DNA of 28,402 nt from IMG/VR virus record IMGVR_UViG_3300020452_000237, positions 1 to 28,402 of that record. One strand, written 5' to 3'. Origin of the DNA: a virus. Lineage: Duplodnaviria; Caudoviricetes. The notes under the pieces are model-generated. The model made no database searches, was not told where the DNA came from, and saw only the letters and a list, made by a program, of their open reading frames with translations. Below are positions 17,479 to 27,276 of the stretch, piece after piece (the stretch's first letter is position 1; each line of letters begins with the position of its first letter). The position numbers and the translations under genes were made by a program.

Positions 17479-17486
17479 AATAAATA
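17479..17486 (+). promoter_or_regulatory. T4-type late promoter (AATAAATA) for gp8 and downstream genes
   Basis: NATAAATA in the 32-nt gp7-gp8 gap, 19 nt upstream of ATG 17506. Confidence 0.8.
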
Positions 17487-17505
17487 AAGAAAAAATCTCT
17501 GTCCA

Positions 17506-19062
17506 ATGGCTGCAATTATAACTGATCAGATTAGATTGTTGAATGCAAAGAATTTTGTCGCGGGAGTTACATCTACTACCAACGCATATTATTCTTTCAT
17601 TGGGTTACCAAACCCTACTGATATTCAAACTGATTGGAATACTGATCCCCCTTCTCCTAAAGATAATTTTACTGAGGAGAATGATTATTGGGATAATATG
17701 GTTGCACTGAAAAAGGTTAGTGCAGGTGATTGTAGGCAGGTTGTTACTAAGAGAGTATGGTCATCAGGTACTACCTATGACATGTATAGAGGAGATTATA
17801 GTAGATCTAATACTGCTCCTGTATCTGGTGCAACGAATTTATATTCTGCAACTTTCTATGTTATAAATGCTGATTATAGGGTTTATATTTGTCTTCAGAA
17901 CGGAACTGATCCAGATAACCCCAATGGAAGACCCTCACTAGACGAACCAACTTTTACTGATTTAGAACCAAGATCTGCTGGAAGTAGTGGTGATAATTAT
18001 ACTTGGAAGTATCTTTATACAATTAAACCTGCTGATATTATTAAATTTGATTCTACTGATTTTATGCCAGTTCCTTTGGATTGGGAAACGAATGTAGATG
18101 ACGCAGCAGTTAGAGATAATTCCATAGACGGATCTATTAAGATAGTAACTATCACTAATCGTGGTGAAACTATTGGTCCTTCTGGTGGTACTGAGTATAC
18201 AAAAGTTCCAATTAAGGGTGATGGATCTGGAGCAGAGTGTACAATTACTACAACTAACGACCAACAGGTTGATACTATAGTAGTTTCTAAACAAGGATCT
18301 GGATATACTTACGGTAGTATAGCTTTAGATGATGGTGGTGTTCCAACAGGAACTACCATTCCTACATTTGATGTTATTATTCCACCTCAAGGTGGTCATG
18401 GTGCAGACATTTATAGAGAATTGGGAGCAATGAATGTTCTCATATATTCTAGAATTGAAAATGACAATGAAAACCCAGATTTTGTTACTGGTAATCAGAT
18501 AGCAAGAGTTGGATTGGTAGAAAATCCTCAAAAATTTGATTCTACCGCACTATTAACAGCAGATAAAGCAAGTGCAACCAATGCGTTGAGATTAGCTGGT
18601 TCTGGTTATAGTTCTGCTACATTTACTGCAGATAGTTACTTTAAACAAACAATTGCTGCTGGATCAACAGCTCAAGGAAGAGTTATTAATTATGATGAAA
18701 AAACAGGAGTATTGAAGTTTTGGCAAGATAGAACTCTTGCAGGATTTAATACTGTTGGAACTGCACAAACAAACCCAACTTATGGATACAATCTAAATGC
18801 CTTTACTGGTTCTCCTGGAACTGGTGGTAATTTGGAAATTGTCCCAACAACAGGGTCTACCTTGCAAATTGATGATGGATTTACAGGTATATCTACTGTA
18901 ATAAATAATATAACATATTATCTTGGTCAAACTTTCACGGATGGTATTTCTAATCCAGAAGTCAAGAAACACAGTGGTAACATTATTTTTATTGATAACA
19001 GACCAGCTATCACTAGATCTGTTAACCAAAAAGAAGATATTAAAATAGTATTGCAGTTCTAA
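17506..19062 (+). CDS. gp8: Baseplate wedge subunit gp8
   Basis: 518 aa. 'MAAIITDQIRLLNAKNF', 'W.SGTTYDMYR.DY', 'FYVIN.DYRVYICLQN', 'YTWKYLYTI' and C-terminal 'SGNIIFIDNR.AITRS.NQKEDIKIVLQF'. Confidence 0.93.
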   Translation: MAAIITDQIRLLNAKNFVAGVTSTTNAYYSFIGLPNPTDIQTDWNTDPPSPKDNFTEENDYWDNMVALKKVSAGDCRQVVTKRVWSSGTTYDMYRGDYSRSNTAPVSGATNLYSATFYVINADYRVYICLQNGTDPDNPNGRPSLDEPTFTDLEPRSAGSSGDNYTWKYLYTIKPADIIKFDSTDFMPVPLDWETNVDDAAVRDNSIDGSIKIVTITNRGETIGPSGGTEYTKVPIKGDGSGAECTITTTNDQQVDTIVVSKQGSGYTYGSIALDDGGVPTGTTIPTFDVIIPPQGGHGADIYRELGAMNVLIYSRIENDNENPDFVTGNQIARVGLVENPQKFDSTALLTADKASATNALRLAGSGYSSATFTADSYFKQTIAAGSTAQGRVINYDEKTGVLKFWQDRTLAGFNTVGTAQTNPTYGYNLNAFTGSPGTGGNLEIVPTTGSTLQIDDGFTGISTVINNITYYLGQTFTDGISNPEVKKHSGNIIFIDNRPAITRSVNQKEDIKIVLQF

Positions 19063-19068
19063 GAAATC

Positions 19069-22000
19069 ATGCCACAACAGACAAATTTAAATGTAGCACC
19101 ATATTTTGATGATTATGATTCATCAGATGATTTTTATCGTGTCTTATTTAAACCAGGATTTCCTGTTCAGGCAAGAGAGTTAACAACTCTTCAATCTATA
19201 CTGCAAAATCAAATTGAAAAATTTGGACAGCACTTTTTTAAAGAAGGTGCTAAAGTAATTCCTGGAAATACTGGATATAATCAAATTTATTATGGTATTC
19301 AAGTACAAAATAATTATCAAGGTGTTCCTGTATCTGCATATGCTGATCAGTTAATTGGCACAAAAATTACAGGGCAAAGATCTGGAGTTGCTGCTGTTGT
19401 AGATAATATACTATTACCTGAAGAATCTGAACGTGGTCAACTTACACTTTATATTAATTACTTAAATTCTAGTACAACTAACAATTCTACTAAAGAATTT
19501 TTTGATGGTGAAGAATTGGTTTGTAATACAACAATTTCTTCTGGATTATTAGGAAATACGACAATTGCACCAGGAGCTCCTTTTGGTGTTACTGTTAGTA
19601 ATAGTGCTGCTACAACAGGATCTTCTTTCCAAATTCAAGAAGGTGTATATTTTGTTCATGGTCAATTTGTAGGAGTTGCACAAGAAACTCTTATTCTTGA
19701 TCAATACGGAACAACACCTAGTTATAGAGTTGGATTGTTTGTTAATGAACAAATAATTAATGCTGATATTGATGAAAGTTTGAATGATAATTCTCAAGGA
19801 TATAATAATTTTGCTGCACCAGGTGCAGATAGACTAAAAATTTCATTAAGTCTTTTTAAAAAATCTATTGATGATTTTGATGATACTAGTTTCGTAGAAT
19901 TAGGAATTGTTAATGATGGTATATTAAGAACTGCTAGAAGTGCTGCATCAGGAGTAGGTGGTGGATTAATAATTGCTGGTGGGGGTGGATCTGGTTCATT
20001 AGATTTGACAGATACTCTTGCACGAAGAACCTATGATGAAAGTGGTAATTATGATATTAAACCATTTGATATTACAGTTTTTAATTCTTTAAATGATAAT
20101 ATAGGAAATAGGGGAGTTTTCCAACCTGGACAATTTACACCTCAAGGAGGAACTCCTTCAGAAGACTTAGCTGTATATAAGATTTCTCCAGGAAAAGCAT
20201 ATGTGAAAGGATATGAGATTGAAACATTAAACCCAACATTTATCGATTGTCCTAAAACAAGAGAAACAAAACTTATAGAGAATCAGTCAATAATTTATAA
20301 TACTGGTCCAACTTATAAACTGAATAGTGTTTATAGAACTCCTACAGTAGGTATTGGTAGTACATATGTTCTAAGTTTAAGAAATGAAAGACAAGGATCT
20401 AATCAAGAGAATGCTGCTGGAAATGAAATTGGATTTGCAAGAGTTTATGATTTTAGATTAGAATCACAAAATTATAATTCAACCAACTCAAATCTAGATG
20501 AATGGGAACTTGCTTTATATGATGTACAAACATTTACTGAATTAAAATTAAACAATCCAATAACACAATCAGTTCCTGCTATTATTGAAGGAAAGAGAAG
20601 TGGTGCAAAAGCATTTTTACAAGGATCAGTTACTGCTGGATTGGGATTAACTGTATATGAAAAAACTGGTAATTTTATTAAAAATGAACAACTCATAATC
20701 AATGGTGTTAATAATGGAAGAGTTGCTGTAGGTATTACTCAGTATTCTGTGTCTGATGTAAAATCAGTATATGGAACTGATGATAATTTGGTTGGTATTA
20801 ATACATTTAATGCTAACGTGGTTCCTTCAGTTCTATTCCCAGTTGGGGTGGCAACTGTAGGTGTTGTTACTTTTGCAAATAATCAATCAGTTATTAAAAG
20901 TGCCAATCCTAATTTTCCAGGTATTACTACTGTTGGTAACCTAATACAATATACAGATCTTAGTGTTTCTCAAGATCCTGTAATGGCTAGAGTAGTTAGT
21001 GTCGGAGCTTCTGATATTAATGTTACTGGAGTTACTACTGTTGCTGGAATAGTTGATGGAACACTTCCAAAAACATCGGTTAAGAGTGTTAGTGATTTAA
21101 AGGTATTGACAAGTTTGTTGGATCCTTCATCTGATAATACTCTATTCACTCCTCTTCCTAAGAAAAATATATCAAATGTTGATTTAACTTCTGCTAGTAT
21201 TGTTGTAAGAAAATCATTTGCCGTAACTATTAGTAATGGTCAGTTAAATACTCCATTACCAACTTTAGGTGCTAATGAAACTTTCCAACCATTTACAGCA
21301 AAAAGGTATTCATTAATTGGTGCTGATGGAACAACTTATGATTTAACTGCTGATCAGTTTGATTTTGGAACAGGCAATACATGTCAAATTCGTGGTTTGA
21401 CATCTCCTTCTGCAGCTAATAATGGTGCAACTCTTATTGCTACTGTTAAAAAAGCAAAACCATTAGCTAAACAGAAAATAAACAATAAAGTTAAATCTAT
21501 TGTTATTAATTATTCAAAGGAACAAGGATCTGGAATTGGAGCAACAACATTAAATGATGGATTAACATATGGAAATTATCCTTATGGAACAAGAGTTCAA
21601 GATGATGTTATATCAGTTAATGTTCCTGATCTAATACAAATTCATGGTGTTTTTGAATCAGCTGATACGAGTAATCCGTCAGCACCAAAAGCAACTCTTT
21701 CTTCTATAGTTACACAATCTACCACTACTAATGAATTATTAATTGGTGAACATATTGTTGGACAAAGTAGTGACACTGTGGCAATGGTAGCAGAAAAATT
21801 GACTAACAATCAAATCAGTTTTGTTTATAAAAATAATCTTCAATTTACAGAAGGTGAAACTATAATTTTCCAAGAGTCTAATGCACAAGCCGTTGTTTCA
21901 ACAATAGATGAACCTAGTTTTGATATATCACCAAATTATAATTTTTCTGATGGTGGTGAAGTAACTTTTTATGATTATGGAACAATTAAGAGAAAGGTAG

Positions 22001-25000
22001 ATGCTGATGCTCCTAAGAGAAGACTAAAAATATATTATCAAAGTGGATCTTTTGATGCTAATGATAATGGAGATATTGTCACAGTTAATTCTTATGATCA
22101 ATTTGAATATGGATTTGATATTATAAGAGTTGGTAATAATAGTGCTACAGATGTTATTGATATTAGACCAAGAGTTGCACCAATTGCATCAATTGCTGAA
22201 GGGGATAGATCTCCTTTAGAATTCCTTGGAAGAACATTTACTGGATCTGGAGATTCTGTTCCAAATATTTTAGCATCAGATGAATCTATAATTATAGATT
22301 TTTCATTCTATCTTCCTAGAATTGATAGAATTTTCTTAAGTAAAGATGGAAAGTTTCAAGTAAAATTTGGTACACCATCTGAAGATCCTAAGAAACCAGT
22401 TCCTGTTGATGATGCAATAGAAATAGCAAGTGTTGGTCTTCCTCCATATTTTTATAGTCCTAAAAATGTTTCGTTAAGATTCTTAGATCATCGTAGATAT
22501 ACGATGTCAGATATTAAGAAACTGGATACTAGAATTAAAAATCTTGAGTATTATACAACTCTTTCATTATTAGAAACTAATACAGCTAATTTATTTGTTC
22601 CAGATAATGATGGATTGAATAGATTTAAGTCTGGATTCTTTGTTGATAATTTTACAGCTTTCCAAACTCAAGAAGAAAATTTAACTATCAACAATTCAAT
22701 AGATAGAAAAAGAAAAGAATTGCGTCCAAGACACTATACCAATTCAGTTGATTGTATGCCTGGTCCTGTTGTAGGTGTTGATCCTTCTGATGACCAGCAA
22801 TTTGCTACACTTGAAGGTGTTAATGTAAGAAAATCATCTGATTGTATAACATTAGATTATGGTGAAGTTGAGTGGATTAAACAGAACTTTGCTACTAGAT
22901 CTGAAAGTGTTACACCTTTCTTGATTAGTTTCTGGCAAGGAACTATGGAATTAAATCCTGCATCTGATACTTGGGTAGATACTGCAAGACTTGAAGCTAA
23001 GATTATCCAAACTGAGGGCAATTACGCTGCCACAATGGATAACTTGGTGAGAAATGAGGGTGTTGATCCTCAAACTGGTCTTGGACCTGTTCTATGGAAT
23101 TCTTGGGAAACCACATGGACTGGCACTCAGACTCATGATTTTGAAAGTGGAACGAGAACAGAGACTAGTTCTAATACTTTTGGTAGAGGTGGTTGGATCA
23201 ATGGATCTGATGGTAGTGATAACCCAGCTGCATGGGTTCAACAAACAGAATCTGTAACTATAAGAGAATGGAGTAGAGAAACCACTAGAACTGGTACTGA
23301 AGCAAGAACTGGAAATCAAACTATTGTTACTGAAACATTTGATGAACAGTCTGTAGGAGACAGGGTGGTTAGTAGAGATCTTGTTCCGTTTATGAGATCT
23401 AGAAATGTTGAATTTGTTGCTAAAAAAGTTAAACCATTAACACAATTATATGCTTTCTTTGATGGACAAAATGTTACTAAGTATTGTGTTCCTAAGTTAC
23501 TTGAAATAACAATGACCTCTGGAACATTCCAAGTTGGAGAAAGGGTTCTGGGATTGAAGGATGGAACTCATATTAAATTTAGAGTTGCTCAATCAAACCA
23601 TAAAGAAGGTCCATATAATGTTCCTACAAAAACTTTCCGTGACAATCCATATACTAATCAATTATTATCGTCATCATATTCAAGCACCTCTAATTTATTG
23701 AATGTAGATACGTTCTCATTATCCAATGAAGCACAAGGTTCTTATTCTGGAAAAGTTGATCCTGGTCTTGTTCTTAGAGGTGAAACTAGTGGAGCACTTG
23801 CAACTATTGATAATGTAAGATTAATTTCCGATGTTTCTGCATTCTGTGGTGGATCATTCTTTATTCCAAATCCCAACAATATTAATCATCCAAGATTTGA
23901 AACTGGGACAAAGGTGTTTACTTTAACAAATGATCCAGAAAATGATGTCAATAAAGCATCTACACTTACTGATGAGACCTTTACTGCTGCTGGAACTTTA
24001 GAAACTGTTCAGGAAAACATTCTTTCTATTAGAAATGCAAGAGTTGAACAGAGACAAGAATTCCAAGAAAGAAATGTAGAAGAAAGTCTTGGAACGACAC
24101 TTGTGGGAGAAGATGTTCTTGATCGATCAACTTCAGAAAGAATTACTGGATGGTATGACCCTCTAGCACAATCATTCTTAGTGGAAGATGATGGTGGAGT
24201 CTTTATAACAAAATGTGATATTTTCTTTAGAACAAAAGATGATGCTGATGTACCTTGTGTATTCCAAATAAGATCCATGAAGAATGGATTCCCAACTCAA
24301 CATATTCTTCCATTCTCAGAAATTATTTTACAACCAGAAGATGTTAGTACTTCCGCAGATGGATCTGTAGCAACTACTGTTACATTTAAAGCTCCAGTTT
24401 ATTTGGAAGGTACTAATACTGAATATGCCATAGCATTAGCATCAAACTCAACAAAATATAGTGTTTATATTTCTAGAATTGGTGAGACTGATCTATTGAC
24501 CGATACTTATATTTCTAACCAACCATATTTGGGATCTCTATTTAAATCACAAAATGCTTCTACTTGGGAACCAAGTCAATGGGAAGATCTTAAATTTACT
24601 CTGTATAGAGCAGAGTTTGAAACTGCAGGAAGCGTAGAATTCTATAGTCCAGAATTGGGTGAAGGTAATAATCAGATGCCAATTCTTCAATCTAATTCTA
24701 TAATTCTTGGTTCTAGAAAAATAAGGGTTGGACTGGGAACTACAGTTGGTGATAGTTATGTTGATGGAAATACCTTCAGTCAAGATGGAACAAATGCAAC
24801 AGGTAATCTTGTAGGTGCTGGTGGTTCTGCTACAGGAACACTTTCTATTGCTAATGTTGGTATTGGATATACACCTCTTGATGGCAACTTTACATTTGGT
24901 AGTGTTAATTTAGTTACGGTTACAGGTCAAGGAAAAGGTGCAGTTGGTAACGTTTATATTGAAAATGGAATTGTTGGTGCTTGCACTATTACTTCTGGTG

Positions 25001-26631
25001 GTAGTGGTTATCAAGTGGGTGATGTTGTTGGCATGACAACTATTGGTCTTTCTGGAGGTGATAGTGGAACTGTTGGTATAAATGGTAGATTTACCATTAC
25101 TGGTATTGGAATGACCAATGAACTTATTTTGGATAATGTTCAAGGTAACTTTGCTACTGGTGCTGGTAAGACAATGAGGTATACCAATAGTGCTGGTATT
25201 ACAACAGAATTAAACTTTAGTCATGGTGGTGATGTTACATTAAGCACTATTGATGTAGAATCTGACGGATTACATTTCCAAGTTAATCATAAGAATCATG
25301 GAATGTATTCTACTGAAAATTTGGTGGTAATAAAGGATGTTCAGTCTGATATTAAACCAACAAAATTAAGTCTTGCATTAGATGAGGGTAATTCAAATTC
25401 CTTTACTGTTGATGACGCAAGTTCCTTTACCAATTTTGAAAATGTTGGAGTTGGAACAACTAATGCTGGATTGGTTAAGATTGGAAATGAGGTTATTAAG
25501 TATAATAATGTTACAGGTAATGTAATCACTATTGCTGAAAGAGGATCTGATAAGATTGATTATTCAGTTGGAACGGCTGTTCACAAATATGAACTTGGTG
25601 GAGTTTCTTTAGCAAGAGTTAATAAAACACATGGATTATCTACTTCAACATCTACGGCAGCATCTGGATCAATTGGTTTTGATTTCTATAATGTTAAAAT
25701 AGATCAAACAAGTAAATCTATTAATGGAACTGCTTTCGATGCGACTGATAGAAGCACTGACGTTGGATTCCCTAAACTTTATTTCAACCAAACCAAATCT
25801 TGTGGTGGTTATGATATAAAAGCCACTCAAAATATGGCATTTGAAGCAATCAATCCAATTATTCACAATATGACAGTTACTGGAACTACAATTGGTGCTG
25901 AAGTAAGAACTACTTCTGCAAGTGGTATGAGTAATAGTGAAATACCTTATATTGACCAAGGGTTTGAATCTATTACTATTGGTGAAACTAATTACCTTAC
26001 AAGTTCTAGAGCAATTTACGCAAAAGTTAATGAAGATGAAAGATTGGATAACATTGAAGGAAATAAATCCTTGCAAATAAGAGTAAGTTTAAACACTACT
26101 AATACTAAATTATCTCCTGTATTAGATGCTCAAAGAATTAGTACAATTCTTGTATCTAATAGAGTTGATAATGTTATTGACAATTATGCAACAGATAGGA
26201 GAGTAAAAACTCTTCTTGAAGATCCTACTGCTTGCCAGTATATAAGTAAGGAAATTAGATTAGAAAATCCAGCTACATCTATTAAGATCTTATTGGCAGC
26301 ACATATTCATACTGATGCAGATGTGAGAGCATTCTATGCTATTGGTGATAAGGAGTCATTTGAACCAATTTTCACACCTTTCCCTGGATTTAATAATTTA
26401 AATAGTAAAGGTGAAGTAGTTAACGCTCAAGATAGTGATGGATTGCCTGATAAATTTGTTCCTAAAGTTAATGAATATGGTTTCATAGAAACAGCAAACT
26501 TTAGTGATTATAATTTCACTGCTGATAATTTACCAGCATTTAGATACTATAGAATTAAACTTCTATTGACAGGTACTAGTCAGGTATATGTTCCTAGAGT
26601 TAAAGATCTAAGAGTAATGGCACTAGCATAG
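19069..26631 (+). CDS. Large virion structural protein, VrlC-like / DUF4815 family (2520 aa)
   Basis: 'TNLNVAPYFDD....FYRVLFKPG.PVQARELTTLQSILQNQ', 'APGADRLKI', 'LARRTYDESGNY', 'PGKAYVKGYEI', 'YTMSDIKKL..RI.NLEYYT.LSLLE', 'RFKSGFFVDNF', 'DPLAQSF' and 'WEDLKF.LYRA.F'. Canonical position after gp8 in cyanomyoviruses. Confidence 0.88.
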   Translation: MPQQTNLNVAPYFDDYDSSDDFYRVLFKPGFPVQARELTTLQSILQNQIEKFGQHFFKEGAKVIPGNTGYNQIYYGIQVQNNYQGVPVSAYADQLIGTKITGQRSGVAAVVDNILLPEESERGQLTLYINYLNSSTTNNSTKEFFDGEELVCNTTISSGLLGNTTIAPGAPFGVTVSNSAATTGSSFQIQEGVYFVHGQFVGVAQETLILDQYGTTPSYRVGLFVNEQIINADIDESLNDNSQGYNNFAAPGADRLKISLSLFKKSIDDFDDTSFVELGIVNDGILRTARSAASGVGGGLIIAGGGGSGSLDLTDTLARRTYDESGNYDIKPFDITVFNSLNDNIGNRGVFQPGQFTPQGGTPSEDLAVYKISPGKAYVKGYEIETLNPTFIDCPKTRETKLIENQSIIYNTGPTYKLNSVYRTPTVGIGSTYVLSLRNERQGSNQENAAGNEIGFARVYDFRLESQNYNSTNSNLDEWELALYDVQTFTELKLNNPITQSVPAIIEGKRSGAKAFLQGSVTAGLGLTVYEKTGNFIKNEQLIINGVNNGRVAVGITQYSVSDVKSVYGTDDNLVGINTFNANVVPSVLFPVGVATVGVVTFANNQSVIKSANPNFPGITTVGNLIQYTDLSVSQDPVMARVVSVGASDINVTGVTTVAGIVDGTLPKTSVKSVSDLKVLTSLLDPSSDNTLFTPLPKKNISNVDLTSASIVVRKSFAVTISNGQLNTPLPTLGANETFQPFTAKRYSLIGADGTTYDLTADQFDFGTGNTCQIRGLTSPSAANNGATLIATVKKAKPLAKQKINNKVKSIVINYSKEQGSGIGATTLNDGLTYGNYPYGTRVQDDVISVNVPDLIQIHGVFESADTSNPSAPKATLSSIVTQSTTTNELLIGEHIVGQSSDTVAMVAEKLTNNQISFVYKNNLQFTEGETIIFQESNAQAVVSTIDEPSFDISPNYNFSDGGEVTFYDYGTIKRKVDADAPKRRLKIYYQSGSFDANDNGDIVTVNSYDQFEYGFDIIRVGNNSATDVIDIRPRVAPIASIAEGDRSPLEFLGRTFTGSGDSVPNILASDESIIIDFSFYLPRIDRIFLSKDGKFQVKFGTPSEDPKKPVPVDDAIEIASVGLPPYFYSPKNVSLRFLDHRRYTMSDIKKLDTRIKNLEYYTTLSLLETNTANLFVPDNDGLNRFKSGFFVDNFTAFQTQEENLTINNSIDRKRKELRPRHYTNSVDCMPGPVVGVDPSDDQQFATLEGVNVRKSSDCITLDYGEVEWIKQNFATRSESVTPFLISFWQGTMELNPASDTWVDTARLEAKIIQTEGNYAATMDNLVRNEGVDPQTGLGPVLWNSWETTWTGTQTHDFESGTRTETSSNTFGRGGWINGSDGSDNPAAWVQQTESVTIREWSRETTRTGTEARTGNQTIVTETFDEQSVGDRVVSRDLVPFMRSRNVEFVAKKVKPLTQLYAFFDGQNVTKYCVPKLLEITMTSGTFQVGERVLGLKDGTHIKFRVAQSNHKEGPYNVPTKTFRDNPYTNQLLSSSYSSTSNLLNVDTFSLSNEAQGSYSGKVDPGLVLRGETSGALATIDNVRLISDVSAFCGGSFFIPNPNNINHPRFETGTKVFTLTNDPENDVNKASTLTDETFTAAGTLETVQENILSIRNARVEQRQEFQERNVEESLGTTLVGEDVLDRSTSERITGWYDPLAQSFLVEDDGGVFITKCDIFFRTKDDADVPCVFQIRSMKNGFPTQHILPFSEIILQPEDVSTSADGSVATTVTFKAPVYLEGTNTEYAIALASNSTKYSVYISRIGETDLLTDTYISNQPYLGSLFKSQNASTWEPSQWEDLKFTLYRAEFETAGSVEFYSPELGEGNNQMPILQSNSIILGSRKIRVGLGTTVGDSYVDGNTFSQDGTNATGNLVGAGGSATGTLSIANVGIGYTPLDGNFTFGSVNLVTVTGQGKGAVGNVYIENGIVGACTITSGGSGYQVGDVVGMTTIGLSGGDSGTVGINGRFTITGIGMTNELILDNVQGNFATGAGKTMRYTNSAGITTELNFSHGGDVTLSTIDVESDGLHFQVNHKNHGMYSTENLVVIKDVQSDIKPTKLSLALDEGNSNSFTVDDASSFTNFENVGVGTTNAGLVKIGNEVIKYNNVTGNVITIAERGSDKIDYSVGTAVHKYELGGVSLARVNKTHGLSTSTSTAASGSIGFDFYNVKIDQTSKSINGTAFDATDRSTDVGFPKLYFNQTKSCGGYDIKATQNMAFEAINPIIHNMTVTGTTIGAEVRTTSASGMSNSEIPYIDQGFESITIGETNYLTSSRAIYAKVNEDERLDNIEGNKSLQIRVSLNTTNTKLSPVLDAQRISTILVSNRVDNVIDNYATDRRVKTLLEDPTACQYISKEIRLENPATSIKILLAAHIHTDADVRAFYAIGDKESFEPIFTPFPGFNNLNSKGEVVNAQDSDGLPDKFVPKVNEYGFIETANFSDYNFTADNLPAFRYYRIKLLLTGTSQVYVPRVKDLRVMALA

Positions 26632-26632
26632 T

Positions 26633-26857
26633 ATGGAACATTACAATATTGAAGGGCATGTTGATCTTGCAAGAGATCCTGCTACAAATACTATAGTTAA
26701 TGTAAACTCTTTAGATTATATTCATTATACTTCTAGTCGTGATGTGAAAAAATCAAATCATGAAAAAGTTGATACTATGGAACAAGATCTTGCAGATTTA
26801 AAAGGTGAAATTGGTGAAATCAAATCTCTACTCAAGGAATTAGTCAATGGCAAGTAA
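26633..26857 (+). CDS. Conserved small hypothetical protein with C-terminal coiled coil (74 aa)
   Basis: 'IEGHVDLARDP.T..IVN.N' followed by the heptad-like 'VDTMEQDLADLKGEIGEIKSLLKELV'. Starts 1 nt after the VrlC stop. Confidence 0.85.
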   Translation: MEHYNIEGHVDLARDPATNTIVNVNSLDYIHYTSSRDVKKSNHEKVDTMEQDLADLKGEIGEIKSLLKELVNGK

Positions 26858-27254
26858 AAATCTTACATTTGATCCAAATGCAGGAGTTCCCTATGCTGCT
26901 AATTTAGCACTTTATACTGGTGCAGATTTTAAGACTACTTTTAATGTAGTTGATACTTCTGATGTTGCTTTTGATTTTCAAGGATTAACAACTACCTCAG
27001 TTTGGACAGGATCTTCTCAGATGCAAAAAAGTGCAGGTATTGGTGCAACCGATACACCTGCAGGAACCTTCACAGTAGGGTTTAGTAGTGCTGGTGGTGG
27101 AATATTTGATATATCAATGGGATCTACTTCTACAAGAGATTTGTCTGAAGGAAGATATGAATATAATGTATTAGTAAGTTCAGGTTCAACAATTTATAAT
27201 ATAGTAAATGGTAATATTTTGGTTTATACTGGTATTGCCTCCGCACCTTCCTAA
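26847..27254 (+). CDS. Small beta-sandwich (Ig-like/BppU-N-like) putative virion protein (135 aa)
   Basis: 'GADF.TTF.V', 'LSEGRYEYNVLV' and 'IVNGNILV' pattern; overlaps the previous ORF by 11 nt. The fold is an inference. Confidence 0.75.
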   Translation: MASKNLTFDPNAGVPYAANLALYTGADFKTTFNVVDTSDVAFDFQGLTTTSVWTGSSQMQKSAGIGATDTPAGTFTVGFSSAGGGIFDISMGSTSTRDLSEGRYEYNVLVSSGSTIYNIVNGNILVYTGIASAPS

Positions 27255-27257
27255 ATA
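27250..27257 (+). promoter_or_regulatory. Probable late promoter (CCTAAATA) for gp13/gp14
   Basis: TAAATA core overlapping the upstream stop codon, 19 nt before ATG 27277. SD GAGG at 27263-27266. Confidence 0.6.
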
Positions 27258-27276
27258 TTGTAGAGGTATTGTATAA

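Noticed and set aside
4027-23257. Alternative-frame + strand ORFs at 4027-4251, 16743-16940 and 23054-23257
   Set aside because: Leu-rich off-frame shadows within gp6, gp7 and VrlC, expected from T-ending codon bias; nothing suggests independent translation.
1272-26076. All minus-strand ORFs in the track (60-135 aa, e.g. 1272-1484, 16552-16824, 16967-17299, 17962-18294, 25669-26076)
   Set aside because: They lie antisense to well-supported genes, read like codon-bias shadows (I/S/T/N/P-rich), and have no recognisable motifs or evident expression signals.
4589-26631. Intein, intron, homing endonuclease or diversity-generating retroelement explaining the giant ORFs
   Set aside because: No intein splice motifs, LAGLIDADG/HNH/GIY-YIG signature, reverse transcriptase or near-identical TR/VR nucleotide pair was noticed by eye. 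The size is explained by diverged protein modules. A nucleotide self-alignment would be needed to exclude this fully.
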